In this document: piece by piece, positions 12,951-25,426 of the stretch
Position numbering within the stretch: the stretch's first letter is position 1
Layout of the letters: every line of letters starts with the position of its first letter
Assembly (NCBI GenBank): GCA_038496445.1
Contig: JALMLS010000590.1
Coordinates: 1-64,000, forward strand
Direction of reading: 5' to 3'
DNA length: 64,000 nucleotides
From: Trichosphaerium sp. ATCC 40318
Lineage: Eukaryota > Protista > Tubulinea
Position numbers and translations under genes: made by a program
The notes under the pieces: model-generated
What the model was told of the DNA's origin: nothing
The model's database searches: none
The model's input: the letters and a program-made list of their open reading frames with translations, nothing else

Positions 12951-15498
12951 TTATTTATATACATTATCCATAGTAACTACTCCTACATACAATAAATCAG
13001 TCTGTACATGGAGATTTTAAAAACTTACCTTTATTGGCCATCATTTGATTGAAGTTATTGATTTCTTCATTGTGATTTGTACTTTGATCGGAATAAGAAG
13101 GAACATAATAAGGAAGAGATTTACAACAACAACAATTAATGTTAGAAATACTGTAATCGTCTTCTATTTGATTAAAATGTAATCTTTCCTTACGAAATCT
13201 GGCAAAATCTTTACCATGCCATTTTGTTATGCCATGAAAATACCATTTTGTGATAACCCCTAAAGGTTTTTGACCTAAATTGTAAGTAAGTTGGAGTAGT
13301 ATATATGTACTTACTTGGTAAATGAGAAAATGCTTTGACATGGGCATCGTTATAATTAATTATTGGACATGGAGTTATAAAAAATGTACTTCCTTCATTT
13401 GAATCGTTTCCCTTCCAGTTTTTTTGTAAGAAAAGAGACTGAGTCAGTATTGTTTTGGCATGAGTTAAAGTGTTAGGATCTTCTGGCATTTCAATAAAAG
13501 CCCAAGAGTCATGTACAAATCTGTAAGAAAATAAATTATTATTAAATGGAAAATAACATTTGTTGATCGTACTCATAAGAAACAAATCTATTCTTAAGCA
13601 CAACCTTTGCTCCAACAACTACACTTCCTTGGAAAGTTTTACATTCTTGAGAAATCAAATTCATTAATTGCAAGCTAATCACGATTAGTAATTTCAAAAA
13701 TTGATTTTTTTACCCATAATTATTGTAGATAATTAAATCTCCTTCATGTATTGACTGTTGATTAGTTTGTGGGTTAACTGCAAAAGCAGCACGGATAAGT
13801 AAGTGTTTGTTTGCTTGGGTTAAAGGATCATTTAAATCCAAATACAAGGCATGCTTCCAAACAAAGTTTCTTTTATAAGGATTGTCCCATCGTAATAAAT
13901 TTTTCCTTAATAATTTCATTTTTTGTTGTACCACTGATGATATTTCTTCCTCTGGTTGCAATTGACGAAGAATGACACTGTAGAAGCCTTTATGCTGGTT
14001 GTTTTTAAATTGTACCCTTGCTCTATGTCTTATCGTTGAAGGCATGCCACCATGCAATGCCCAAGCAAAACTAATTCCATCTATTTGTACTGTTTTTTTT
14101 CTGGCTATTAAAAAAAATTGAACAATAAAAAAAATGTACATGCCATTACTTACCAATATCAGATAATTCAATCGTTTTAAAACAATCCACATGATTTACA
14201 TCATTTTTATCAGCAGGAAAACCAATTATTGTGATACCAGCAGTTGGATGTGCATGGCCTCCATCGGTGTGCCATCCCAAAGTGTTACTTTGTGTGTAAT
14301 ACTGTAAAAAAAATTACAAAAATATCAAAAATCGTAAAGAAATACCTTTATCTCTATGCTGTAATATTTAGAGTCATATTCTGTTTTAGTTTTACTGTGA
14401 CCCCATAATAGAAAGTGTAGTTTATATAAACGGTGCAAAATAGTATTGTCAGTGGCAGATAAAGGGTTAGGAGGATGACAATGATTATTGCCATAAAGAA
14501 TTGGATTATCAGTATCGTAAGGAGACAACCAAGGACCAGCTCCAAAAAAAGCTGCAGCATGTTTTGTCATGTAATTACATGTTAATAGATCAGTTGCTTT
14601 GCTTGCACGATACTAAATTCAAGTTAATACTTGTAAGAAAGAAATATGTACCATGTAATGTAATTTATCTTTATGTAATTCAATAAATTGTCTTAAATCG
14701 TTTATTGTGTTTGCCATATACTGAGACTCATTCTTAATAACATATAGATTAGTTGTAACTCCATCTTTGTCCAGTTTATGATATTTAAGATGTATATCAC
14801 ATTCAGCTGTAGTCAGCTAAAGGTTTTGTAAGCACTTAAAACAAAAAAAAAAGTACCTTATCTGATTTAAATGTACGATTTCTTGAGTCATCAAAATGAA
14901 TCGTAGGAATGTTGGATTTTGCTCTTTTTTTAATTTGTTTATGATAGCCATCCTTGAACACTTCTTCAGGATAGTCTGATCCTATATAAATGGTTTACAA
15001 ATAAATGGTTGCAAAATGTCATTACTTACTTCCTGTTGTTATTGAATCGTAAGCCAACCGGATTTGTTTAACACTAGGAGCTTTATTTAAAGCTGATTTA
15101 CTAGTGTGTTGATTTGTTACACTATCATATAAGGCTATATTACCAGCCACTTCATATAAGTGTTGTATAGAGCATTTTTCTCTACTACATAACTTGAACA
15201 AAAAATGTAAATATCGTAATAAGAATTCTGGATAATGTACCTCAACAATGACTTTTTGAGCAGCTTTTGATAACTGTTGTTGTGTAGGACGATGTATAGT
15301 TTTGATTTTATTCAATATGACATCTCTTTGTGGTTTTTGGACTTCTAATTTTATCTTAAAGTCTTCAGATGAATCTTTTTGTAAACCCATGCCATTGTTG
15401 TATTTGTATAATGTGAGTACTGCATCGTATATGGCCTTTGTATATTCCTTTCTAAGTGTCTTATTTATATCTATTGTAGTTTTGTTTACTACAGCTAT
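12951..15498 (-). CDS. Element gene A, left-arm copy (AlkB-type 2OG-Fe(II) dioxygenase plus BAH-like domain)
   Basis: Mirror copy of 20270-22817. Differs by KHALY versus KHVLY. Confidence 0.7.
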
Positions 15499-15639
15499 CT
15501 AAATTCGAATTAGCCATTGACAAGTAAAAAATTAAACATATCAAACAAAACTCATTGTTGGACATTGAACAGCATGGCCAATCGCAATATAACCCACTGA
15601 CAGCATATGAAGTGCAACATAATTGATAACAACATGTCT

Positions 15640-18600
15640 GATGGCAGCATAACAACCAGCACAATTGACATGGTCAACACGATTGTAACAAGCTGACACG
15701 ATTGACATAGCCAACATGATTGACGATTGCAGCATAGCCAACACGATTGACATGGCCAACACGATTGACATAGCCGACACGAGCCGACACGAGCCGACAC
15801 GAGCAGCATAGCCAACACGATTGACATAGCTGACACGATCGCAGCATAACCAACACGATTGACATAGCTGGCACGATCGCAGCATAGTCAACACAATTGA
15901 CATAGCTGACACGATCGCAGCATAACCAACACGATCAGCAACGATTGCAGCATAGCCAACACGATCAACATAGCCGACACGATCAACATAGTCAACATGA
16001 TTGACATGGCCAACACGATTGACATAGCTGACACGATCAGCATAGCCAACACGATTGACATAGCTGACACGATCGCAGCATAACCAACATGGTCAGCAAC
16101 GATTGCAGCATAGCCAACACGATCAACATAGCCGACACGATTGACATAGCTGACACGATCGCAGCATAACCAACACGATTGACATGGCCAACACGATTGA
16201 CATAGCCGACACGATCAGCATAGCCAACACGATTGACATAGCTGACACGATCGCAGCATAACCAACATGATTGACATAGCTGACACGATCACAGCATAGC
16301 CAACATGATTGACGATTGCAGCATAGCCGACACGATTGACATAGCTGACACGATACAGCACAGCTGACATGATTGCAGCATAACTGCCATGATTAAAGCA
16401 TAGCTGACACAGTACAGCACAATCGACACGATCACTGCAGCATAACCAATACGACTGCCACAGCATAGCCGATACAATACAGCACAGCCAACACGATACA
16501 GCACAACCGACACGATCACTACAGCATAGCCTATACGATCACTGTGGCATAGCCAATATCAATTACAGCATAATCGATGCGATAACTGCAGCATAGCTGG
16601 TACAATCACCGCAGCATAGCCGATACGATCACCACAGCATAGCTGATACGATCGCTGCAGCATAGCCGATACGATCACCACAGCATAGCTGACACAATCA
16701 CTGCAGCATAGCCGATACGATCACTGCAGCATAGCTGACACAATCACTGCAGCATAGCTGATATGATCACTGCAGCATAGCCGATACGATCACTGCAGCA
16801 TAGCTGACACAATAGCTGACACAATCACTGCAGCATAGCTGATATGATCACTGCAGCATAGCCGATAGCGATACGATCACTGCAGCATAGCCGATACGAT
16901 CACCACAGCATAGCTGACACAATCACTGCAGCATAGCTGATACGATCACTGCAGCATAGCCGATACGATCACCACAGTATAGCCGATACGATCGCTGCAG
17001 CATAGCCGATACGATCACCACAGCATAGCCGATACGATCACCACAGCATAGCCGATACGATCGCTGCAGCATAGCCGATACGATCACCACAGCATAGCTG
17101 ATACGATCGCCGCAGCATAGCCGATACGATCACCACAGCATAGCTGCACAATCACTGCAGCATAGCCGATACGATCACCACAGCATAGCCAATACGATCA
17201 CTGCAGCATAGCCGATACGATCACTGCAGCATAACTGACACAATCGCTGCAGCATAGCCGATACGATCGCTGCAGCATAGCTGACACGATCGCCACAACA
17301 TAGCCAATACAGCATAGCCAATGCAGCATAGCTGGTACGATCACTAGTACTACGCAACATAGCTGACACAGCATAGCCAACAAGATCGCCAACGATGCGC
17401 AGCATAGCTGATACACAGCATAGCCAACACGATCGCCAAACAATACATAGCATAGCCAATACACCATAGCCAACAAGATCGCGACGCAATCGCTAGCCGA
17501 TACACAGCATAGCTGATACAGCAAAGCCGACACGATTGCCAACCGATACGCAGTATAGCTGATACACCAAAGCCGACACGATCGCTAACCTATACACAGC
17601 ATAGCCGACACGATCGCTAACCGATACACAGCATAGCCGATACAGCAAAGCCAACACGATCTAACGATACGCAGCAAAGCCGACATGATCACCAGCCAAT
17701 ACGCAGCAGAGCCGACACGATCGCTAACCGATACACAGCAGAGCCGAAACGATCGCTAAAACCGATACGCAGCATAGCAATACAGCAAAGCCGACACGAT
17801 CGCTAGCCAATACGCAGCAGAGCTGAAACGATCACTAACCGATACGCAGCATAGCGATACAGCAAAGCCGACACGATCACCAGCTGACACGCAGCAAAGC
17901 CGACGCGATCGCTAACCGATACGCAGCATAGCCAATACAGCAAAGCCGACGTGATCGCCAGCCGATACGCAGCAGAGCCGAGCGATCGTGTCGGCTTTGC
18001 TGTATTGCTATGCTGCGTATCGGTTTTAGCGATCGTTTCGGCTCTGCTGTGTATCGGTTAGCGATCGTGTCGGCTCTGCTGCGTATTGGCTGGTGATCAT
18101 GTCGGCTTTGCTGCGTATCGGTTAGATCGTGTTGGCTTTGCTGTATCGGCTATGCTGTGTATCGGTTAGCGATCGTGTCGGCTATGCTGTGTATAGGTTA
18201 GCGATCGTGTCGGCTTTGGTGTATCAGCTATACTGCGTATCGGTTGGCAATCGTGTCGGCTTTGCTGTATCAGCTATGCTGTGTATCGGCTAGCGATTGC
18301 GTCGCGATCTTGTTGGCTATGGTGTATTGGCTATGCTATGTATTGTTTGGCGATCGTGTTGGCTATGCTGTGTATCAGCTATGCTGCGCATCGTTGGCGA
18401 TCTTGTTGGCTATGCTGTGTCAGCTATGTTGCGTAGTACTAGTGATCGTACCAGCTATGCTGCATTGGCTATGCTGTATTGGCTATGTTGTGGCGATCGT
18501 GTCAGCTATGCTGCAGCGATCGTATCGGCTATGCTGCAGCGATTGTGTCAGTTATGCTGCAGTGATCGTATCGGCTATGCTGCAGTGATCGTATTGGCTA

Positions 18601-20130
18601 TGCTGTGGTGATCGTATCGGCTATGCTGCAGTGATTGTGCAGCTATGCTGTGGTGATCGTATCGGCTATGCTGCGGCGATCGTATCAGCTATGCTGTGGT
18701 GATCGTATCGGCTATGCTGCAGCGATCGTATCGGCTATGCTGTGGTGATCGTATCGGCTATGCTGTGGTGATCGTATCGGCTATGCTGCAGCGATCGTAT
18801 CGGCTATACTGTGGTGATCGTATCGGCTATGCTGCAGTGATCGTATCAGCTATGCTGCAGTGATTGTGTCAGCTATGCTGTGGTGATCGTATCGGCTATG
18901 CTGCAGTGATCGTATCGGCTATGCTGCAGTGATCATATCAGCTATGCTGCAGTGATTGTGTCAGCTATGCTGCAGTGATCGTATCGGCTATGCTGCAGTG
19001 ATCGTATCAGCTATGCTGCAGTGATTGTGTCAGCTATGCTGTGGTGATCGTATCGGCTATGCTGCAGTGATTGTGTCAGCTATGCTGTGGTGATCGTATC
19101 GGCTATGCTGCAGCGATCGTATCAGCTATGCTGTGGTGATCGTATCGGCTATGCTGCGGTGATTGTACCAGCTATGCTGCAGTTATCGCATCGATTATGC
19201 TGTAATTGATATTGGCTATGCCACAGTGATCGTATAGGCTATGCTGTAGTGATCGTGTCGGTTGTGCTGTATCGTGTTGGCTGTGCTGTATTGTATCGGC
19301 TATGCTGTGGCAGTCGTATTGGTTATGCTGCAGTGATCGTGTCGATTGTGCTGTACTGTGTCAGCTATGCTTTAATCATGGCAGTTATGCTGCAATCATG
19401 TCAGCTGTGCTGTATCGTGTCAGCTATGTCAATCGTGTCGGCTATGCTGCAATCGTCAATCATGTTGGCTATGCTGTGATCGTGTCAGCTATGTCAATCA
19501 TGTTGGTTATGCTGCGATCGTGTCAGCTATGTCAATCGTGTTGGCTATGCTGATCGTGTCGGCTATGTCAATCGTGTTGGCCATGTCAATCGTGTTGGTT
19601 ATGCTGCGATCGTGTCAGCTATGTCAATCGTGTCGGCTATGTTGATCGTGTTGGCTATGCTGCAATCGTTGCTGACCATGTTGGTTATGCTGCGATCGTG
19701 TCAGCTATGTCAATCGTGTTGGCTATGCTGATCGTGTCAGCTATGTCAATCGTGTTGGCCATGTCAATCATGTTGACTATGTTGATCGTGTCGGCTATGT
19801 TGATCGTGTTGGCTATGCTGCAATCGTTGCTGATCGTGTTGGTTATGCTGCGATCGTGTCAGCTATGTCAATTGTGTTGACTATGCTGCGATCGTGCCAG
19901 CTATGTCAATCGTGTTGGTTATGCTGCGATCGTGTCAGCTATGTCAATCGTGTTGGCTATGCTGCTCGTGTCGGCTCGTGTCGGCTCGTGTCGGCTATGT
20001 CAATCGTGTTGGCCATGTCAATCGTGTTGGCTATGCTGCAATCGTCAATCATGTTGGCTATGTCAATCGTGTCAGCTTGTTACAATCGTGTTGACCATGT
20101 CAATTGTGCTGGTTGTTATGCTGCCATCAG
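15640..20130. repeat. Central head-to-head satellite of the palindrome
   Basis: Core ATCGT(G/A)TCGGCTATGCTG. Units are 18/20 bp in the outer zones, 23 bp in the middle zones and ~30 bp at the centre. Orientation flips at 17980/17981. Confidence 0.95.
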
Positions 20131-20269
20131 ACATGTTGTTATCAATTATGTTGCACTTCATATGCTGTCAGTGGGTTATATTGCGATTGGCCATGCTGTT
20201 CAATGTCCAACAATGAGTTTTGTTTGATATGTTTAATTTTTTACTTGTCAATGGCTAATTCGAATTTAG

Positions 20270-22817
20270 ATAGCTGTAGTAAACAAAACTACAATAGATA
20301 TAAATAAGACACTTAGAAAGGAATATACAAAGGCCATATACGATGCAGTACTCACATTATACAAATACAACAATGGCATGGGTTTACAAAAAGATTCATC
20401 TGAAGACTTTAAGATAAAATTAGAAGTCCAAAAACCACAAAGAGATGTCATATTGAATAAAATCAAAACTATACATCGTCCTACACAACAACAGTTATCA
20501 AAAGCTGCTCAAAAAGTCATTGTTGAGGTACATTATCCAGAATTCTTATTACGATATTTACATTTTTTGTTCAAGTTATGTAGTAGAGAAAAATGCTCTA
20601 TACAACACTTATATGAAGTGGCTGGTAATATAGCCTTATATGATAGTGTAACAAATCAACACACTAGTAAATCAGCTTTAAATAAAGCTCCTAGTGTTAA
20701 ACAAATCCGGTTGGCTTACGATTCAATAACAACAGGAAGTAAGTAATGACATTTTGCAACCATTTATTTGTAAACCATTTATATAGGATCAGACTATCCT
20801 GAAGAAGTGTTCAAGGATGGCTATCATAAACAAATTAAAAAAAGAGCAAAATCCAACATTCCTACGATTCATTTTGATGACTCAAGAAATCGTACATTTA
20901 AATCAGATAAGGTACTTTTTTTTTTGTTTTAAGTGCTTACAAAACCTTTAGCTGACTACAGCTGAATGTGATATACATCTTAAATATCATAAACTGGACA
21001 AAGATGGAGTTACAACTAATCTATATGTTATTAAGAATGAGTCTCAGTATATGGCAAACACAATAAACGATTTAAGACAATTTATTGAATTACATAAAGA
21101 TAAATTACATTACATGGTACATATTTCTTTCTTACAAGTATTAACTTGAATTTAGTATCGTGCAAGCAAAGCAACTGATCTATTAACATGTAATTACATG
21201 ACAAAACATGCTGCAGCTTTTTTTGGAGCTGGTCCTTGGTTGTCTCCTTACGATACTGATAATCCAATTCTTTATGGCAATAATCATTGTCATCCTCCTA
21301 ACCCTTTATCTGCCACTGACAATACTATTTTGCACCGTTTATATAAACTACACTTTCTATTATGGGGTCACAGTAAAACTAAAACAGAATATGACTCTAA
21401 ATATTACAGCATAGAGATAAAGGTATTTCTTTACGATTTTTGATATTTTTGTAATTTTTTTTACAGTATTACACACAAAGTAACACTTTGGGATGGCACA
21501 CCGATGGAGGCCATGCACATCCAACTGCTGGTATCACAATAATTGGTTTTCCTGCTGATAAAAATGATGTAAATCATGTGGATTGTTTTAAAACGATTGA
21601 ATTATCTGATATTGGTAAGTAATGGCATGTACATTTTTTTTATTGTTCAATTTTTTTTAATAGCCAGAAAAAAAACAGTACAAATAGATGGAATTAGTTT
21701 TGCTTGGGCATTGCATGGTGGCATGCCTTCAACGATAAGACATAGAGCAAGGGTACAATTTAAAAACAACCAGCATAAAGGCTTCTACAGTGTCATTCTT
21801 CGTCAATTGCAACCAGAGGAAGAAATATCATCAGTGGTACAACAAAAAATGAAATTATTAAGGAAAAATTTATTACGATGGGACAATCCTTATAAAAGAA
21901 ACTTTGTTTGGAAGCATGTTTTGTATTTGGATTTAAATGATCCTTTAACCCAAGCAAACAAACACTTACTTATCCGTGCTGCTTTTGCAGTTAACCCACA
22001 AACTAATCAACAGTCAATACATGAAGGAGATTTAATTATCTACAATAATTATGGGTAAAAAAATCAATTTTTGAAATTACTAATCGTGATTAGCTTGCAA
22101 TTAATGAATTTGATTTCTCAAGAATGTAAAACTTTCCAAGGAAGTGTAGTTGTTGGAGCAAAGGTTGTGCTTAAGAATAGATTTGTTTCTTATGAGTACG
22201 ATCAACAAATGTTATTTTCCATTTAATAATAATTTATTTTCTTACAGATTTGTACATGACTCTTGGGCTTTTATTGAAATGCCAGAAGATCCTAACACTT
22301 TAACTCATGCCAAAACAATACTGACTCAGTCTCTTTTCTTACAAAAAAACTGGAAGGGAAACGATTCAAATGAAGGAAGTACATTTTTTATAACTCCATG
22401 TCCAATAATTAATTATAACGATGCCCATGTCAAAGCATTTTCTCATTTACCAAGTAAGTACATATATACTACTCCAACTTACTTACAATTTAGGTCAAAA
22501 ACCTTTAGGGGTTATCACAAAATGGTATTTTCATGGCATAACAAAATGGCATGGTAAAGATTTTGCCAGATTTCGTAAGGAAAGATTACATTTTAATCAA
22601 ATAGAAGACGATTACAGTATTTCTAACATTAATTGTTGTTGTTGTAAATCTCTTCCTTATTATGTTCCTTCTTATTCCGATCAAAGTACAAATCACAATG
22701 AAGAAATCAATAACTTCAATCAAATGATGGCCAATAAAGGTAAGTTTTTAAAATCTCCATGTACAGACTGATTTATTGTATGTAGGAGTAGTTACTATGG
22801 ATAATGTATATAAATAA
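20270..22817 (+). CDS. Element gene A, right-arm copy: AlkB-type 2OG-Fe(II) dioxygenase plus BAH-like domain (start codon not resolved)
   Basis: Splicing about 8 GT-AG introns gives one open frame containing SIEIKYYTQSNTLGWHTDGGHAHPTAGITIIG...WALHGGMPSTIRHRARV...GFYSVILRQ, then YEFVHDSWAFIEMPEDP...GVITKWYFHG...ERLHFNQIEDDYSISNINCCC. Stop at 22815-22817. Confidence 0.72.
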
Positions 22818-22895
22818 AAGTAATTTTGAAAAGCCAAGACTTACGATTGGTAAAATTAATTCAATTACGATCTCTAAATTAATTAAAGCAATACA

Positions 22896-25351
22896 ATGGA
22901 CAATTCTCAAGGTATGAATGCTATAAACGATCTAAATAGTTATATGGAACAATTTTCTCCTCAAAAAAGCAAACAACAACCAAACAAAAGAAAACGATCC
23001 AGAACAAATAGCACAGTTGAGAAAAGAAGGCGATTGGTTAATAATAATGAAGCAGAATCAGTTGAAGAGATTTTGGAAAATTCCTATGGTAACATAACCA
23101 CCAGTACGATCGTTTACCTAGTTTTTGCCTTATTTAATTGTTTTTAGATGAATTGATGAATTCAATAAATGTTATGAAGGATGCGATGGATAAAAGACTT
23201 TCAAATGTTGAAAAAGGTGTTTTAGAAATAACCAAAGCTGTTAAGACCATTGAAGCTAACTTCAAACAATTTATAACAACTCACAAACAAATTGAGGACA
23301 TTGAAAAGAGAAAATGGGTACGATCGTTGAACCAAAAATCTGTTTAAAACCCTTAACAATTAAAAAATAATTAGGATTGGATACGATCCAAATTGCTATT
23401 TGCCTTTCCTTATACTCACATTAAAGATGACACTTTTTATGTGGAGCTTGCCAAACAATTCAAAGTGCAATTTGGATCGGAAATGGAGGATATACATAAA
23501 ACAAAAATGTCAAAATTTATTAGAGATTCTGTAAACAGGCGATTGGGACAATTTGCTAGAAAATTTTTCAATTATATCACTGAGAATGAGGACCATGCTT
23601 TTGAACTTGCAGGCAAGCCATTTTTAACAAATTTGAACTGATACATTCATATAGAGAAAAAATTAATTGCATTCGTAAATACAGACAATAGTTTTTACAA
23701 ACAAAGCACTGATGGATTAATAGCCAACTTAAAAGCAGTTACTAAACAAGCATGGCAAAACAAGCATATTCCTTTTGTTCCTGTACAAAAGGGCATGTTT
23801 ATTGGGATGGCCAGTTTACCTCTATCGTTCAAGTACAATTTTTTTTCCATTTATTTCAAGTTTTATTGATATTTATTAGACAGCTTGATGAAGAAGGTAT
23901 GGAACTATATCTCACAGCTATAAAAGCTAAAAAAAACACCTCCAAACAACAAAAAACCTCAACACCTGTTGACAGTTTAGAGTACGATTGCTTGCTTTCT
24001 TTTTTTTTTGGTTGTTTCCTTTTTATTCATTGATTGTTGTAGTGAATCGTCTGACTCATCTGAATTAACTACTACACCAAAATTGATAACTCCATTTAAA
24101 TTACATGAAGCACAAGGAGAAAAAGAAGAATCAAGTCTATTACGAAAGAGGAAACCAAAAAAAACAAAACAAAAATCACCAATCGTTGAACAACCCAGAC
24201 CATCAGATGGAACTTCAATAGATGATGATGAACAGTACTACACAACACTACAATGGAATACTCCCATGTATTGCTTATTAAAGCACAGTACAATTGCAGA
24301 TTATTGTTTTTTATTTACAAGAGAATCTGTTGCTCCTTCTTTACAAGCATTTACCGATATGATACTTCAGTACAAACCATAGCCACCATTCATTACTCAT
24401 GCTGCATTTAGAGTTTTAGTGGATGCTAAAGAACCTAATATTGGATTGTTTTCTAAAACTAGAACAGCAAAAATGCTTACCAGAGTACGATCAATCATTT
24501 CAATATTGGGAATTATTAATAATTTTTTTTCAAAGAAAAAAACTAAAGTGGGCAAAGTATTGTGTTACTCAGAGAAAGAATCAGAAGATGACGATTATGC
24601 AGAATATTATATATTGCCAGTACCAATACAAGACAAACTAATTGCTGTAGATACTTATAATGATTTTCTACCACTGTGGTACTTTTTTTTTTATTCCGAT
24701 CGTAAATATTTATTTCAACATTAGCACTTGGACATTGTTTTTTATACGTCCTTCTTTTGCCAAAGTTTACTACTTTGCAAGTACGTTATAGTTTTTATCA
24801 AATAAACTTAATGACATTAATTTTAAACAGCTTGCAAGTACGATGCAGATGTTATTGCAAGATTTGCAAAACTTGTTTGTAATCAAACTTTCAATTGCAA
24901 GAAAAGTTCTTTTGAACCTATACAATATAAATCCAGCAGTATTTTCAACCCAGGTACTGCTGCTTTAACCACTTTAGAAGCAGTCAAACAGTTTTGCACC
25001 AAGGTAAGCCTTATTTGTTCTTTTTATCATATTCAATTGACTATTTTGTAGATAAAAACACCTGACATTTTTTGCCGAAATCCTACTGTAAAAAAAGCAC
25101 GTCAAAACAAACTAGGACAACTATTCACTTCTTTATGGAGCTCAAAAAACATTAAATTTGCTGATGAACATCCAGGAGGTAGGTTGTTAATAAGACATTA
25201 TGATTTATTTAAAAAATACTTAGTTTTACTTGTACTAAAACCCAGACAACATTTTTTAACATTATATGATGCTGCTCTGCCATTTTCTTTGGAGGATATT
25301 GTTGAAAGTGATGATGATAGTCAAGATGAAGATGATGATAGTGAGCAGTAA
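22896..25351 (+). CDS. Element gene B, right-arm copy: NLS and coiled-coil protein with a degenerate Ulp1/C48-like domain and acidic tail
   Basis: Splicing gives a continuous frame from MDNSQG to DEDDDSEQ*. It has an NLS-like KRKRSR and a segment YYILPVPI...TWTLFFIRPSFAKVYYF resembling the Ulp1 beta core. The domain call is tentative. Confidence 0.65.
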
Positions 25352-25426
25352 TGTATTTATTTGTAACGATTGTTGGTTTATATAATTAAATAAATATTAT
25401 AAAATTTGTTAACAACTGCTGTATTA

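Noticed and set aside
15540-20230. Many Cys-rich or hydrophobic ORFs in the satellite
   Set aside because: They are translations of 18-30-bp tandem units in several frames. Most unit lengths are not multiples of 3 and there is no coding signal.
23990-24015. Apparent frameshift between arms (209-aa ORF versus 93+124-aa ORFs)
   Set aside because: The 1-bp poly-T difference lies within a predicted intron, so the protein is unaffected, and it may be a sequencing error.
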